A stretch of DNA of 63,329 nt, the filler included, from Atractiella rhizophila (taxonomy: Eukaryota): the NCBI GenBank assembly GCA_021432655.1. It is 17 parts of 17 records of this genome, joined end to end, with 100 filler letters (N's around TTAATTAATTAA, not from the genome) between each part and the next. Parts side by side here need not be neighbours in the genome. Positions count along the whole stretch, not along the records: positions 50,873 to 54,579 come from MU272510.1; positions 54,680 to 58,385 come from MU272511.1; positions 58,486 to 62,183 come from MU272512.1; positions 62,284 to 63,329 come from MU272534.1; 13 more parts are not named here. One strand, given 5' to 3'. Of the stretch, positions 52,032 to 63,329 are shown one piece after another. Below the pieces are notes generated by a model. The model had not been told where the DNA came from. It worked only from the letters and a program-made list of their open reading frames with translations, and did no database searches. The translations under genes were made by a program, and so were the position numbers. Every line of letters starts with the position of its first letter. Position 1 is the first letter of the stretch.

Positions 52032-54336
52032 TGTGCTCCTGTTGGCAAATCAGTAGAGGAATATGTGATTGGTACCCTTACAGAGCGTAATCGAGAGCTT
52101 CTACTTCTGTAAGCTTGATCTGCCAAGGAACAATTCAATCCACATTTGGATGTAGCCGTCTGCATCATAGGGCTTCTGAGTCTAGCTACGGTTCATGCTC
52201 AAGTGGTGTTCCCATGTCCTTTTCCTATCATTTATATATATGCTTCAAATGAAGAATCTGGAAGCGATGACATGTCCAACTTGGGCATTTGCATACTGCA
52301 TACCTAAAAATGCGACAATGAGTCACAAAACTTCACATGATTATATGTCGAAGATAGAAGCAAATCACAATCACACAAGGGATTAGAAGGGATCATTTTT
52401 GGCGTTGGTAATCTTGCAGTGCAGGGCGATGCGTGTGAACACCGGGTCATCAAATTCAACGTGCAGGCCTTCCTGCAATGTATTACTCAACACATCATGC
52501 AACACCAATTACTTTAACCCCATCTCCCTAAACCGGGGAAGGCACGGATATTGTGTTGAATTATCCTTCGGGCTTAAATACCATTAACATTGTTGCGCAC
52601 GATGCGGGAGACGATACAAATTACTTCGTGGCCTTTCTGGGCCATAAATTGGTTCCACACCCTCCCGAAAACCGTACTCATTTCCTTGAGCTGGATTCTG
52701 CCGCGACTGAGCGAGGTGCTTTACGTCAACCCGCCGCTGCAGCTCTTCATTGTATCGGCTCCCCTTTGGCCTTGGAAATGTGGAAGACGTCCAAGGATAT
52801 AGGGCAGCGTCGCTAGCTTCATAGTGAGGATGTAAATTCGGATCATGGTTGTCGCCGCTAGGTAAAGTAACCACCGCTTTACGTGCGACCCTGTCAGATC
52901 ATGGTAAGGAACAATCTATCTACAGAGTGGACGAACCCACCATCTTTTAGATTTTGTCAGCCTGCTCGAGTAAAGGGGATGTAAATCGACCCAAGGCATT
53001 CTGGTAACCTCGCCCTTCGAGAATTTGTGGTGTAGCTTTTCTGACTGTTTTCCCGCGCCAGTTTGTCCTTGGAAGAGGAAATCACAACCATGCTTTTATT
53101 ATCACTACGAGGTGAAAGGCTTTGTACGCAGCGATATGTGCAAATAATGCCAGTCAAGATTCCTGCCAGTATAACGGTCCTCCAGATCCCTTTGTGCAAC
53201 AGGGAGTGTGTCGCTTGTACACTGTTTGCAGAACATGATTTGGCACCTTCCGTCGTTCAAACATCTGAGATCCCTTTGTTTAACAAGGATCTAGTAATTT
53301 GTCATCTTGGCCAAGCCCACTCGTTGTTCAATAGTTGTCAAATCCCGAATTATGCATGTGAGCTGCCTCCCTCAAAGGCAAATGGGAACATACAGTGATT
53401 AGCGGAGCAAGATACATTTGAAGGTATCATTGAAACTTGGGCTTAGAGTGAACGGGTCGCTCTTAGCTCATTTTAAGCTTGTTGCTCCCAGGGCAGGAAA
53501 ATTCGAGATTGATAGCAAGCTCTCATCGTGCAGTTTCGACAGAAACCACGGGACTTTTCGATCGTAAACTGTACAACAATGGCATGTCACAAAGTGCAGG
53601 AACGTAATTGTGGATAGTTGGAGGACATACCACTACAGTACCCACCTTCGCGTGCATCTGCATTTTTGTATCATTCGGCGCTGTGGTGACCGACGAGGAA
53701 GTGTCAGGATCTGAACCCGAGAAACGTTTGAGCCTAGTGCTCTGAAAAAAAAGCACTGAACATCGAACATGATATTCTTGAAACGCGAACGGCTGCAAAT
53801 AGAGAGCTCTGGGCCATCATTTTATCCTTTACAAAGCACTAAATAAAAGATGGCTTGGTTGGAGAAGTGGTCAGAGAACATTGTATAAAATGCGCAATGA
53901 GAAGAGTGGAAAGCTTCATTCAGAACATATCTCGGTGAAGCAATATAAACGAAGGGACGGATAGTAAGTAATGAATCGGAACACGGCTGTAAGTACGTTA
54001 TCATTTCTTGACTGCGAATGATATATATTGCGGTGAAGGTCGTTACACTCAATTTTGCGAAATGTGATTTTCGACTGAGAGAACGACCGCCTGTGAATAG
54101 TTGGAGAATAACAACTTTGTGCACCTTAAGTAACTAGAACCTCTTCCTCTCGTTCACGTGTTCATCTTGTTCCAGCTCTCCTCCTGTTGGCAGGGCTCAC
54201 TCTTCCTCGTATTTCTCGTTTGACGCTTGATTCGGTCGTATTGGATGAGTCATGCAGACTCTCTGAACTTTTTTCCATGATTCGTGTCTACGCCAACTAT
54301 ATAACTGGTCGCGCACCACGATTACAAGCCCAAAGA

Positions 54337-54579
54337 ATGGCGTCTACGCTTGCAAGTTACCCACACATACGATCTGGGTTGGAGAGAAAGCTGGTGCAGA
54401 AGGGGGAGATTGTGTGAGCTTCCTGTGCTCGTTGGATTGCGTTTTCGTTGGTGCTGACGGTACCATAGATTACCTGAACCTGGGAAGAAGAACACGCTCA
54501 TCACTTCCGCTATACCCTATGTAAACAATGTCCCTCATCTGGGCAACATCATTGGCTCCGTTTTGAGCGTGAGTGTGGC
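54337..54579 (+). CDS. MES1: Methionyl-tRNA synthetase (cytosolic type), N-terminal fragment
   Basis: Spliced ..[37 protein letters not shown], containing the HLGN (HIGH-type) motif. Confidence 0.92.
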
Positions 54580-54679
54580 NNNNNNNNNNNNNNNNNNNNN
54601 NNNNNNNNNNNNNNNNNNNNNNNTTAATTAATTAANNNNNNNNNNNNNNNNNNNNNNNNNNNNNNNNNNNNNNNNNNNN

Positions 54680-55486
54680 TCAGATGTGGGAAGAAATCGG
54701 CAATAGGTCCTGATCCAACGGTGGCACCAATGATGAAGCCAACGAGCTGTTACAGGTCTTAAGCTCCGTTTCTGCATCTGTACGGATGGAGGATTTACTG
54801 ATGCGATTATCAACGCTCCAGCCACACAGAGACACCTTTTCCCCCAGTTCAAATTCTACCAAAGGGTGGGCACATCTTACACATATGTAATGAACTTTGC
54901 CACCTGATGAGACGGGTTAAACTTCTCTATACCCCTTGATGAAAGTTGTCAGCCTCCAGAGGTGTGCCGTACCCAAAGTGACGTACCGAATAATTCGCAG
55001 GATGCGGTAGATGTAGAGCAATTGAACGGCTACCGTGAGAATGCCTTGAAATATTGTGGATGGGACTATTGAACGAGAGAGCTTTGAGAAAGTCCACAAT
55101 ATTGGACAGTCAAGAAAGCTGACTGGTTGAGCGAGTGATAGGTATGAAAAACAGGTGCGGCCCATCAAGAGCAACACTCTGCATGTAGCTGGTGTAAAAA
55201 ACGGTCTTGTTTACGCTGCTCCTAGCTTCAAGAGTCTGGGAGACGGGGAAGCGAACACGGACGTGTCTCCAAAACTGATCCAGAACAGGGCCATCAGTAT
55301 CCACCAAGATGTGGAGTACGAAGTCCCGCGGTCATGCATGAGCTTGAAGACGTGGAAGAACTGGTAGAGGGATATCCCGAACAAGATGAATCCTATGGAA
55401 GCTCCGATGATGACGGGCAGAATGTTAAGTTGGTAAAGCCTCTTCTCCCAAGGCACGAAAGTCGGATCTGGCGTTTCGCTGCTCAT
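54680..55486 (-). CDS. Basidiomycete multi-pass membrane protein (DUF6534-like), multi-exon, truncated or degenerate
   Basis: PVIIGASIGFILFGISLYQFFHVF...D, LFWISFGDT and GILTVAVQLLYIYRILRI. Confidence 0.5.
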
Positions 55487-56464
55487 GTTTGCGCTGGCGA
55501 TGAGAAAATCAAAGAGCGAACTGATTTCGAGAACGAGGACGGGTCACAGCTTAAGTAATGGCAGGTACAACACACCGTGGAGAAGAAAGGAATGTGCCCT
55601 TCTTCGCTTCTTGCGCTTCTTGGTGCTTCACTAAGAGCTCCCAGTTTAGTTAGCTGAATTGAAGCTGCAAATATCAGATCATTTTGGGGCTCCAGATGGA
55701 TGGCTGCAACATTGGTATTCGAAGCTGAGCTGCATTGACGGGTTCCAGCTTGAGGACTGATCCGTCCCGTCAACTTGAACAAATCTTGTCGTTCCAAGAA
55801 ACTATCCCTAATGATTGAATGCTGAAGCATCCAACGTCCGCTGCAGCGCAGCGAGAACTGAGGCGACGCCACGTTCTACAAAACGAACAACGAAATTGAT
55901 ACAGGCCAGTACTCCTGGAGACGACCTTCCTTTGCACCATCCCACCTTCAACAAATAAGAGAGCTCCATCTGAAACTGGTTGCTTATGCGACTCTAATCG
56001 TCAGCGCATGTAGAATCAAGAAACATAATTGGTTCTCAACGACTCGGAAACATTGGGGAAGAGCGGAGGAGCACCCATTGCTCAGGTAGTTTGTGAGAAT
56101 GAGAGACGAAAAGATAATTACAGCGGATTAGCTTTGCTACAACGACGTCCGCATTGCTTACTACAAGGCAGCCACATGAGTGGCGGGATACGCTTCCCTG
56201 ACTGGCATCAAGTCCCCAGTGATGAGGTTGAGGAGAGTAGAGTAGATTTTCCAGTCGCCCCACCAGTTTTGAATTTTTCTCAAAATTGAAGCGCAAAACC
56301 ATTTTCCCTTGCGGCCGGAGGCGGCTTGGGCAAACCCCTGGGGGTCACCCAGTTTGCCGTGCCGTGCCCTTTGAGCTGGCGGCCTCTGGCCGATTTTGCA
56401 TAACCGCCTCCACTTTGCCTCAACGTGGAAGGGATTGATTTTGCTTCAGAGTCGTATCTTGGCG

Positions 56465-56605
56465 GAGATGGTTGACGTACTCCACGTTTGTTTCTTCACC
56501 TTGCTGGATCCGACAGGTCTTATAGAGTGTTTGGGGATGGCATGGTGCTTTTTAACCTCTTTTACCTACCTCATTTTGAACTTTGGGCATTTTTCAGCTC
56601 TCATC
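56465..56605. repeat. Dispersed repeat shared with 40960-41115
   Basis: Direct visual match to the other copy. Confidence 0.8.
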
Positions 56606-57993
56606 CCCAAACACCAAAAAGCTAAAAGTTCTAGCGCCAAGCAAAAACCATTCCCGGCTCAGCTGCGATCTAGCGAAGGTGCCACGCCGAGGGCTGACCT
56701 GCGCTCGTGGGCAAGTTTACGACGAATTCGAGTGGTAGTGTGCGTTATGTTATTCTAGTGTTAGGGCCTTGGATGAGGGAGCAGGAATGTATCTCTTGTT
56801 AGTGAGCCCATGTTCTCCCACTAAGTTGTATGGCTATTGTGTGCCAAGCCTGCGACAGATAGATTCACGCTTTTTCACCGTTGGGACGATTTCGCACCCA
56901 GCGGGGAGTCATATCCTGGGTATGTGCCGATGATAGCAGACATTTCACTGGTTCGGCCATACGTTAGAATCTCGGAAGTGGTTATACGCTGTTTGGTCAA
57001 CATGAGAGGTAACTTTACTATGAGAAGTGCACTACGAACAGCATCTCAGCAGTTTCTGCGACCGCACTTGTGCTTGCCCTGCCCTTGCCTTAGTCTACCG
57101 TACTTGCTACATTGCCGAATGGTCTCATCAGCTGCGTCGTTGTGCCCATGAATAGAGGCGCGGCTATTATGAGCTTGGTTCGCCAGCTGTTAAGCACTGA
57201 TGCTTACCCTTGTACCTTGATAGCAGGCTCATTGCCCATCCATGTGAGGAATGAGCTTGGAGCGCTGCAAGAGAACGCCGGGCGATTCAGTCATTCGATC
57301 AGCAGCCTGATGGAATTGAGATGGTCGCTCTGAATTGTTGCTTGCTGAGGGTCGGTCGGCGTAGCTCCGCTGTCAGTGGAATGATGATATCATTTATCTC
57401 ACCTTGCTGTATACTAGCTATTTGGGAGGGCATTCGAAGGCAGATTCAGCTGTCGCTGCAGTGCTTGAGGTCACGGACAGATTCTCGTGGTCAGGCCGTC
57501 GTTTTACATGCTATCATAGATCCATCAGTTGCCAATATGTGGTCCTCCTCCACTGTAGGGAGTTTCTGAGCTTATGTTGGCTCGAACGGAGTAGGGTTTA
57601 GCCCACTCCTGCTCGAGCCATATTAGTTCGGGCCTCCTCATGCTTTTCCTTTTTGTATCTCAGTATTCTCTCCGTGGAGCGTGTGTAGAATGAGATTCGT
57701 TTGGCGGCTCGGATGAATTTCCAAAAGAAGGGACTCACCAAATCTTTTTAGGAACAGCTGGCCTCTTATCCTTTATTTGCTGGCATATGGATGTTTCCTA
57801 ATTTATTTGAGGACTTGGGATTTGTACATTCCTTCCCATCGTAGTCTTGATAAATTCTGAATATTTCTCTTAGGTTACTTCCTTCATTCCGCTGTGGGCT
57901 AGGAGAAGAAGAAGACGAAGAAGAAACCCTCCAACGATCCCGACCAACCTCCTCCAAGAAGTCAAGGAAGGCTCCAAAGGTGTCAGAACTGAC

Positions 57994-58385
57994 TGTTACG
58001 GAAAAGGGCTAGTTGGTGAGATGGATTGTTGCAGTACCTGCAGTCGCATCTTCATAGTATATGGTAATTGTAATACGAATAACATAGATGAACATTCTTC
58101 GTACTTTATGAGTCATTTTCTTTTGTCGCAGTCTTGCTTCCGTGACCTTGTTTCTCTCCCTCACACACAACCACCATCTTCTCTGAGCTTGCCTGTATTG
58201 AGGTATAGCTAGTGCTGTGTGTGAGGTGAGTACTCGTTAATTTCTACCTTTATTGTGCTTTGCTCATCGGGCACTTGTTTAAGGTCACATTTCATCTCCC
58301 TTTCCGAGTTCGAGGTATTTTATCGTTCTAGAACACTCAAAGAGGGTGTGTTATTTCCTTTTCACCCTCTTCTCGCTTATTCATG
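57994..58385 (+). mobile_element. LTR-like repeat, truncated, related to 19108-19690
   Basis: Starts TGTTAC. 58160-58385 is homologous to the reverse complement of about 19270-19500. Confidence 0.55.
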
Positions 58386-58668
58386 NNNNNNNNNNNNNNN
58401 NNNNNNNNNNNNNNNNNNNNNNNNNNNNNTTAATTAATTAANNNNNNNNNNNNNNNNNNNNNNNNNNNNNNNNNNNNNNNNNNNNGAGCGCAGCGGTACT
58501 CCAGACAAGAAAGACTTCGACTCGAAAGATAAGGATTTGTAATTTTGTTCACTGTTAGTTTCGTCGCAATAGTTTCGTTTATGTTTGGGTGGTAATCTTA
58601 CGAAGTTACACTTTTGACGATTCACGTGCAAGATGGATAGAGCATATACACCTTAATGAATACTGTGC

Positions 58669-61331
58669 ATGTCTCTCAATTCACATGGCGGGTTGATTGA
58701 CAGTCACGCAAGTCCTGTCTGCCAGTGTGGGACTGGTTTTCGTAACTCGTCATACAAAACGGTCGTTTCAACATTTCTAGGCATTGCAGGTATTGATAAG
58801 ATGAAATACTGCCGTGAGGTACTCTTTCAAGCACATAGCCAACAGACTAGAACTGCCACGGTATGTATACGATTTGCTTCCAACGCACAACTGATGATAG
58901 ATGACAAAATCTGTCTTAGCTGGAAATTAATAACCACTCACATTGCAAAGCTCAGCCAAAAAAGGTATCCATATTGCATCTTCAACAGGACTAAACGCTA
59001 AATGCTGCACAGAGAAAAGCGGATGAACAAGATGTTCCTTCAACTGATATATCATTTTCTCATGGCCGTAAGTAGGATTCAATCATACCGTCCTCCTAAG
59101 GGCTAATTTGCTTCTTTAAAGGCCTCGTTCGAAAGAAAGCTAGAATCAGTTACACTGAAACACAATCCTCTGTTACGCCGGCACCAAATGCGCCAATTCG
59201 TGTCAAAAATCCCATCAATCCGGCATTCTTTGCTTACGAATTCACATTGGAATCCATTAAAGAAGAAATACAGATTGTTGAACGATATTTTATTGCCGGA
59301 AAGACATTCAAAACTAGCAAACTGAAGGATTTCGATCACCTTATCGCGTTTGATCGATCACTTGCGACACTTGATAACATTCCTGCTTTGTCCAACTTGC
59401 TCCGGGAGGATATCGTAGAAGGGGATATTGCGCTTACCGAAGCATCCATTGGCACATTTCATTCTCCCGTTCATCTTTTCACCCTTGCAGCACACATCGA
59501 AACTGCGCAAAAGGTGGAATCAACTGGCCAACTTCTATATCGTTTTGCAATATATGCTCAACTATCCTTTCGATGTCGACTTCATCACTGGGCATCCATT
59601 CAGGCCCCTCTGCTTGCCAGTTGGGTATTTTCTGTCTTAGTGACTCGACGAGAGCTCGAAAAATATTCCGAAGGGCCGCTTTCTCAGTATCTAGAATACG
59701 GCCGTCAACTTCTTCACCATCTCGACCAGTGCCGTGGACCAGGTCGGAAACGTCGTTCAGTTTCATCAACATTGGACCTCTTCTCTCTCTTTCCTGCAGC
59801 AATGGGTCACGTTAGGGCACCCATTGACGCTACAATTGCTCTCAAATCCATTGCAAACCTCCCACGTGGTGACAAGGCGTTCAAGGATTCACGTTTTCGT
59901 CAAACATTCATTTCTCTGTTCGTCAACTCACTCCTCCAAGGTTTCGTGTATCCCACACTGAAAACCCAAGACCGTACCGATACTGGTCAACCGTTACGCA
60001 AACAGTGTGACTTCGACGGCTGGCTTGCTAGAGAACTCCCTCGGTGGCGCCTCGTCGCTGCGTTTTGGAATATGGCTGGGAGGAACAGTGACATTTTTTG
60101 GTGCTCAGCTATTCAAAATATCTGCTTCGCCCCTTGCCCACTACTTTTCGCTTCCAGCGAAGCAAAATCTCAAGTGTTAGGAAAGAAGAACGACCCTGAA
60201 GACGCCGAGTACAATCAACTTGCACATCGACTTCTTAACGAGGAGGTGCTAAATGCTGTATCCAAACTAGCTAGCATCAGCCGACAAATTTGTAGCGGCG
60301 CCTCAACGAAGTCTTTTGGAGTCAGGTCGTCAAAAAGCAGAACTCAGGACTATGTCAAAACCTCCTTATTTGGACTCCCATCCGTGGCGCTGTCATCTTT
60401 TACTATTGACTTACGCTCTGTAGACGCCTACTTGATCCATGCGTTTATGGGCAGAAATACGACTTCTACCTCTTCAAACGTTACAAAAGCGATTTTAGAA
60501 AATCCTGATTGGTACCAACCGAAAAGAGCTGACAGTGCGCAAGCTCGAATATTTCGACATCGGTTATTGTCGATTGAACGCGACTCGTCCTTATTCTTTT
60601 TTAACCTGCTCTTTCTACGTGGAACAGGTCAAGGTCACAAAACTCGCGAATTTTTCAACTCACATCCCGACCCGTTTAAATCAGTTGACGATGTAATGAA
60701 TGCTATCAGCGCGTGGTCGACAACAGACGCTTATCTTCATCAGAAGCAAAAATATTCCAACACCTCCATCTACGGTCAACCAAGCAGCTGGATTGGAGGA
60801 GAAAAGCGATTCGCAAGTCAAGTGCAGGAAACGTGGGATGCCAGTCGTCGCTGGAGTGAGCGACCGCGCGAGGCCAACCGCCTCCCTACTTGGCAGACCA
60901 TGCGAAAGTGGATAGTCTCTCTTCATCTCCATCCATTTGGCTCTGGTCTCAGCCTCATGCACCTCTGTCACGATATGGCGGACTTTCATCTCTGTCAGCC
61001 AGCGGAAATCAATGATTTAGGCGACCTCCTATCTTCTACTAGCCGCAATACCAATCCAGGATCCCAAGAAATGCTTCGACGCATTCTTCCTTTAGATCAA
61101 AACGTCGACATAGGACAGCTCTTTGCATTTGTTGTTACGCATCTCCAATCTGACGAAGGTGTCTGTCCTGAAGTCAAAGCTTGGTTTGATCCTTCTCCAA
61201 CCAATGTCGAACACCTCTTATGCAAAGTGAAACGCTTCGAAAGCAATGGAATAACCATCGACAAACCGAAAAAAGACCAACACGCCATCCGTAACTTATC
61301 GCCCACCTATTCTGCAGGAACGAAACACTGA
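58669..61331 (+). CDS. Large orphan protein with a C-terminal alpha-helical aGPT-Pplase/HhH-glycosylase-like motif set
   Basis: Three frame-consistent GT-AG introns (58861-58919, 58965-59012, 59068-59121) link ORF 58669 to a 2.2-kb exon (59122-61331). C-terminal motifs PFGSGLSLMHLCHDM, NPGSQEML and VEHLLCKVKRF. The start codon is uncertain. Confidence 0.7.
58785..58809 (+). repeat. 25-bp exact direct repeat, copy 1
   Basis: TGCAGGTATTGATAAGATGAAATAC, identical to 61813-61837. Confidence 0.9.
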
Positions 61332-61812
61332 CTTCATAAAGAATGTAATGTCAGCATTCGCTGATTCCGAGTCGATTCTAAACAACGCATTTACAGCAAT
61401 AACCGCTAGTGCTTTTCTTTTATATTTCGCTTTCAAACGTACAACGGCTGCTTGCGATCTCTAATATCGTCTTTCAACTTTCTGTCTATGCAAACCGAAT
61501 TCAAGCAATTCAATGAAAATAACCTTCATTTCCCACCGTTCCATCGTTTGCAGCCTTAAAAATACTGTAAGTGTTAGCTCTATATTTCAAAGTTGGCATA
61601 ACAGACAGACTCGATATGGAAATGTGCACAATCGCCTGGGATGGACTTTAACCCGTAATTGAACAAGCTCCTGCGGCGATACATATCCCATGCATATTAA
61701 TTTGATGCCATCCCAACAACGATATGATAAAGCAGATGCAGCTCATTAACATTCAATATTCAATTTCCACCACTTAGGCAGGTCGGGGACGGGCGCTTCT
61801 GCGCCTTTACGA

Positions 61813-61837
61813 TGCAGGTATTGATAAGATGAAATAC
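61813..61837 (+). repeat. 25-bp exact direct repeat, copy 2
   Basis: TGCAGGTATTGATAAGATGAAATAC, identical to 58785-58809. Confidence 0.9.
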
Positions 61838-63329
61838 GAACAACACTTCCAGCTGATGGCTGAGGCCAGATATGATTGAGCATTCGGTGGGATAACGCAG
61901 TCAGCAACATGTCATCTAGATTGGCCTGTATGGTGTGCCAATGCTTAATTCTTCAACGACATTATGACAAGGTTGTTCCACACTATTGGCTTTCTAACCG
62001 CGAACGAGGTGACAGGGGAGCTTGAGAGCGAGGTGTTGGAGACAACAAAGGGATCTGAAGTCTGAAATCTGAAATCTTATTGTTCTGAAGGCAAAAGCCT
62101 TGCCTCTGAATGTTTATGGTAACAAAGCTCCTTTGATTAGCGAAGTAGCCGGAATAAAAGGATGTTCAGGCAGGGACTGAAGTNNNNNNNNNNNNNNNNN
62201 NNNNNNNNNNNNNNNNNNNNNNNNNNNTTAATTAATTAANNNNNNNNNNNNNNNNNNNNNNNNNNNNNNNNNNNNNNNNNNNNGGAGTTCTTTGAGGGCT
62301 CTTGGGCGAGAAAAGAGAAGTAATAAGATATAGAGAGGAAGATGGTCAAAGAACTTTCATGCCCGATTTCTGATTCCCACGAGAACGAGAACTTGGAAAG
62401 CGTGAGCCTCAGAAGCTTGGGGATGGGATGAGGTGATATATGTATGTCGGCGGTTGGACGAGACTAGCGTCGTATTCCCTCCAAAACGCCTTTCGAGCAC
62501 GCTTCTTCAATGTTTGACCAAGTCTGAAGAAAGCGAAAGGCTGTGCGGCCAAAGATCCGAGAAACCGTACAACTCGTTTTCACTTTCAGCCTGCTCTCGC
62601 CGTCAAGGAAATGCCGAACCTGGTTATATTTGTATCCTCTTGTTTATCTCTCCTGTTCTTCTGTGTTTTTCCTGATACTTCAAGCAGTCAATAGCCTCAA
62701 CATCTAGGGATATTTCACGACTCTAACGAGTATCCGTATATCGAAGTACAGTACAGGAAAGCCTTCAATGGGAACAAAGACCCAATTCAGACGATGAGTA
62801 GGTATGACAACTTGACAAACGAGGAACGAAGCAACCCGAGATGAATGTTACGGTGTCAAGCTCGGAGGTTAGGATCAACTAATGGACGCAAGCTATGGAC
62901 GCAATCCTAGTCCTTAATGAAGCGATCTGAAAGTCCAAAACAACGCGGCTCAAGTAGTGTTGTCTTGTACCGTGAGTAGCCCACAACATGGGTGCGATGG
63001 AACAAAACGGCCTTGAGCTTGGAAATTGCATGCCGCTGGTCCTCGTGCTCATTCGATTCAGTTTGATTCGTGCTAAACGCGAACTGGCAGACGGACCGAA
63101 GAATTTTACAAGGTCAACCAACACGTTTTGGATTTGAATAATGATACTGTTTGGAAGGATGTCGAAAGTGTAGTGTTGTTGAGTTACCAGCTGAGTTCCT
63201 CCGAGAACGAAATGAACCATGGAGGTTTGGATTTGCGGTTGTTGGGGAAGAACTCCGCGCAATTGTGGCGAAAGTCTTTGTGAGGACGGTTGGACAGTGA
63301 GAGGCGACGTGAGTGGGAATACATTCATT

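Noticed and set aside
62879..63328. F-box-like protein at the window end (FDILPNSIIIQI)
   Set aside because: The motif is too weak and the contig is cut by the window edge, so no call is supported.

Overview
This is not one locus. It is 17 unrelated contigs joined by artificial 100-bp linkers (44 N + TTAATTAATTAA + 44 N); the 15 complete contigs fall steadily in length from 3900 to 3698 bp, so nothing can be inferred from adjacency across a linker. The DNA is eukaryotic and intron-rich (introns of about 45-60 nt), with protein families consistent with a basidiomycete-like fungus. Housekeeping genes recognised after manual splicing: CBF5, MCM7, UTP21, RPL14, PRE3, TAE1/NTM1, MES1, PAC3-like, TRAPPC12-like, CSC1/OSCA, an MscL-like channel, a PHD-finger protein and a GPI-anchored Ser/Thr-rich protein. 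Other contigs are accessory or repeat-rich: hAT, pogo-like and copia remnants, LTR-like repeats, a Harbinger-like end and a 21-22 bp tandem array. The most interesting items are (1) a large orphan gene with C-terminal motifs resembling phage DNA-hypermodification (aGPT-Pplase-like) enzymes, bracketed by an exact 25-bp direct repeat; (2) a patatin-NB-ARC-TPR fungal NLR whose effector domain is disrupted while the sensor frame stays open; (3) a decayed nuclease-like plus kinase fusion; and (4) a DXO/Rai1-like orphan protein. All family calls come from motifs recognised by eye, not from database searches.
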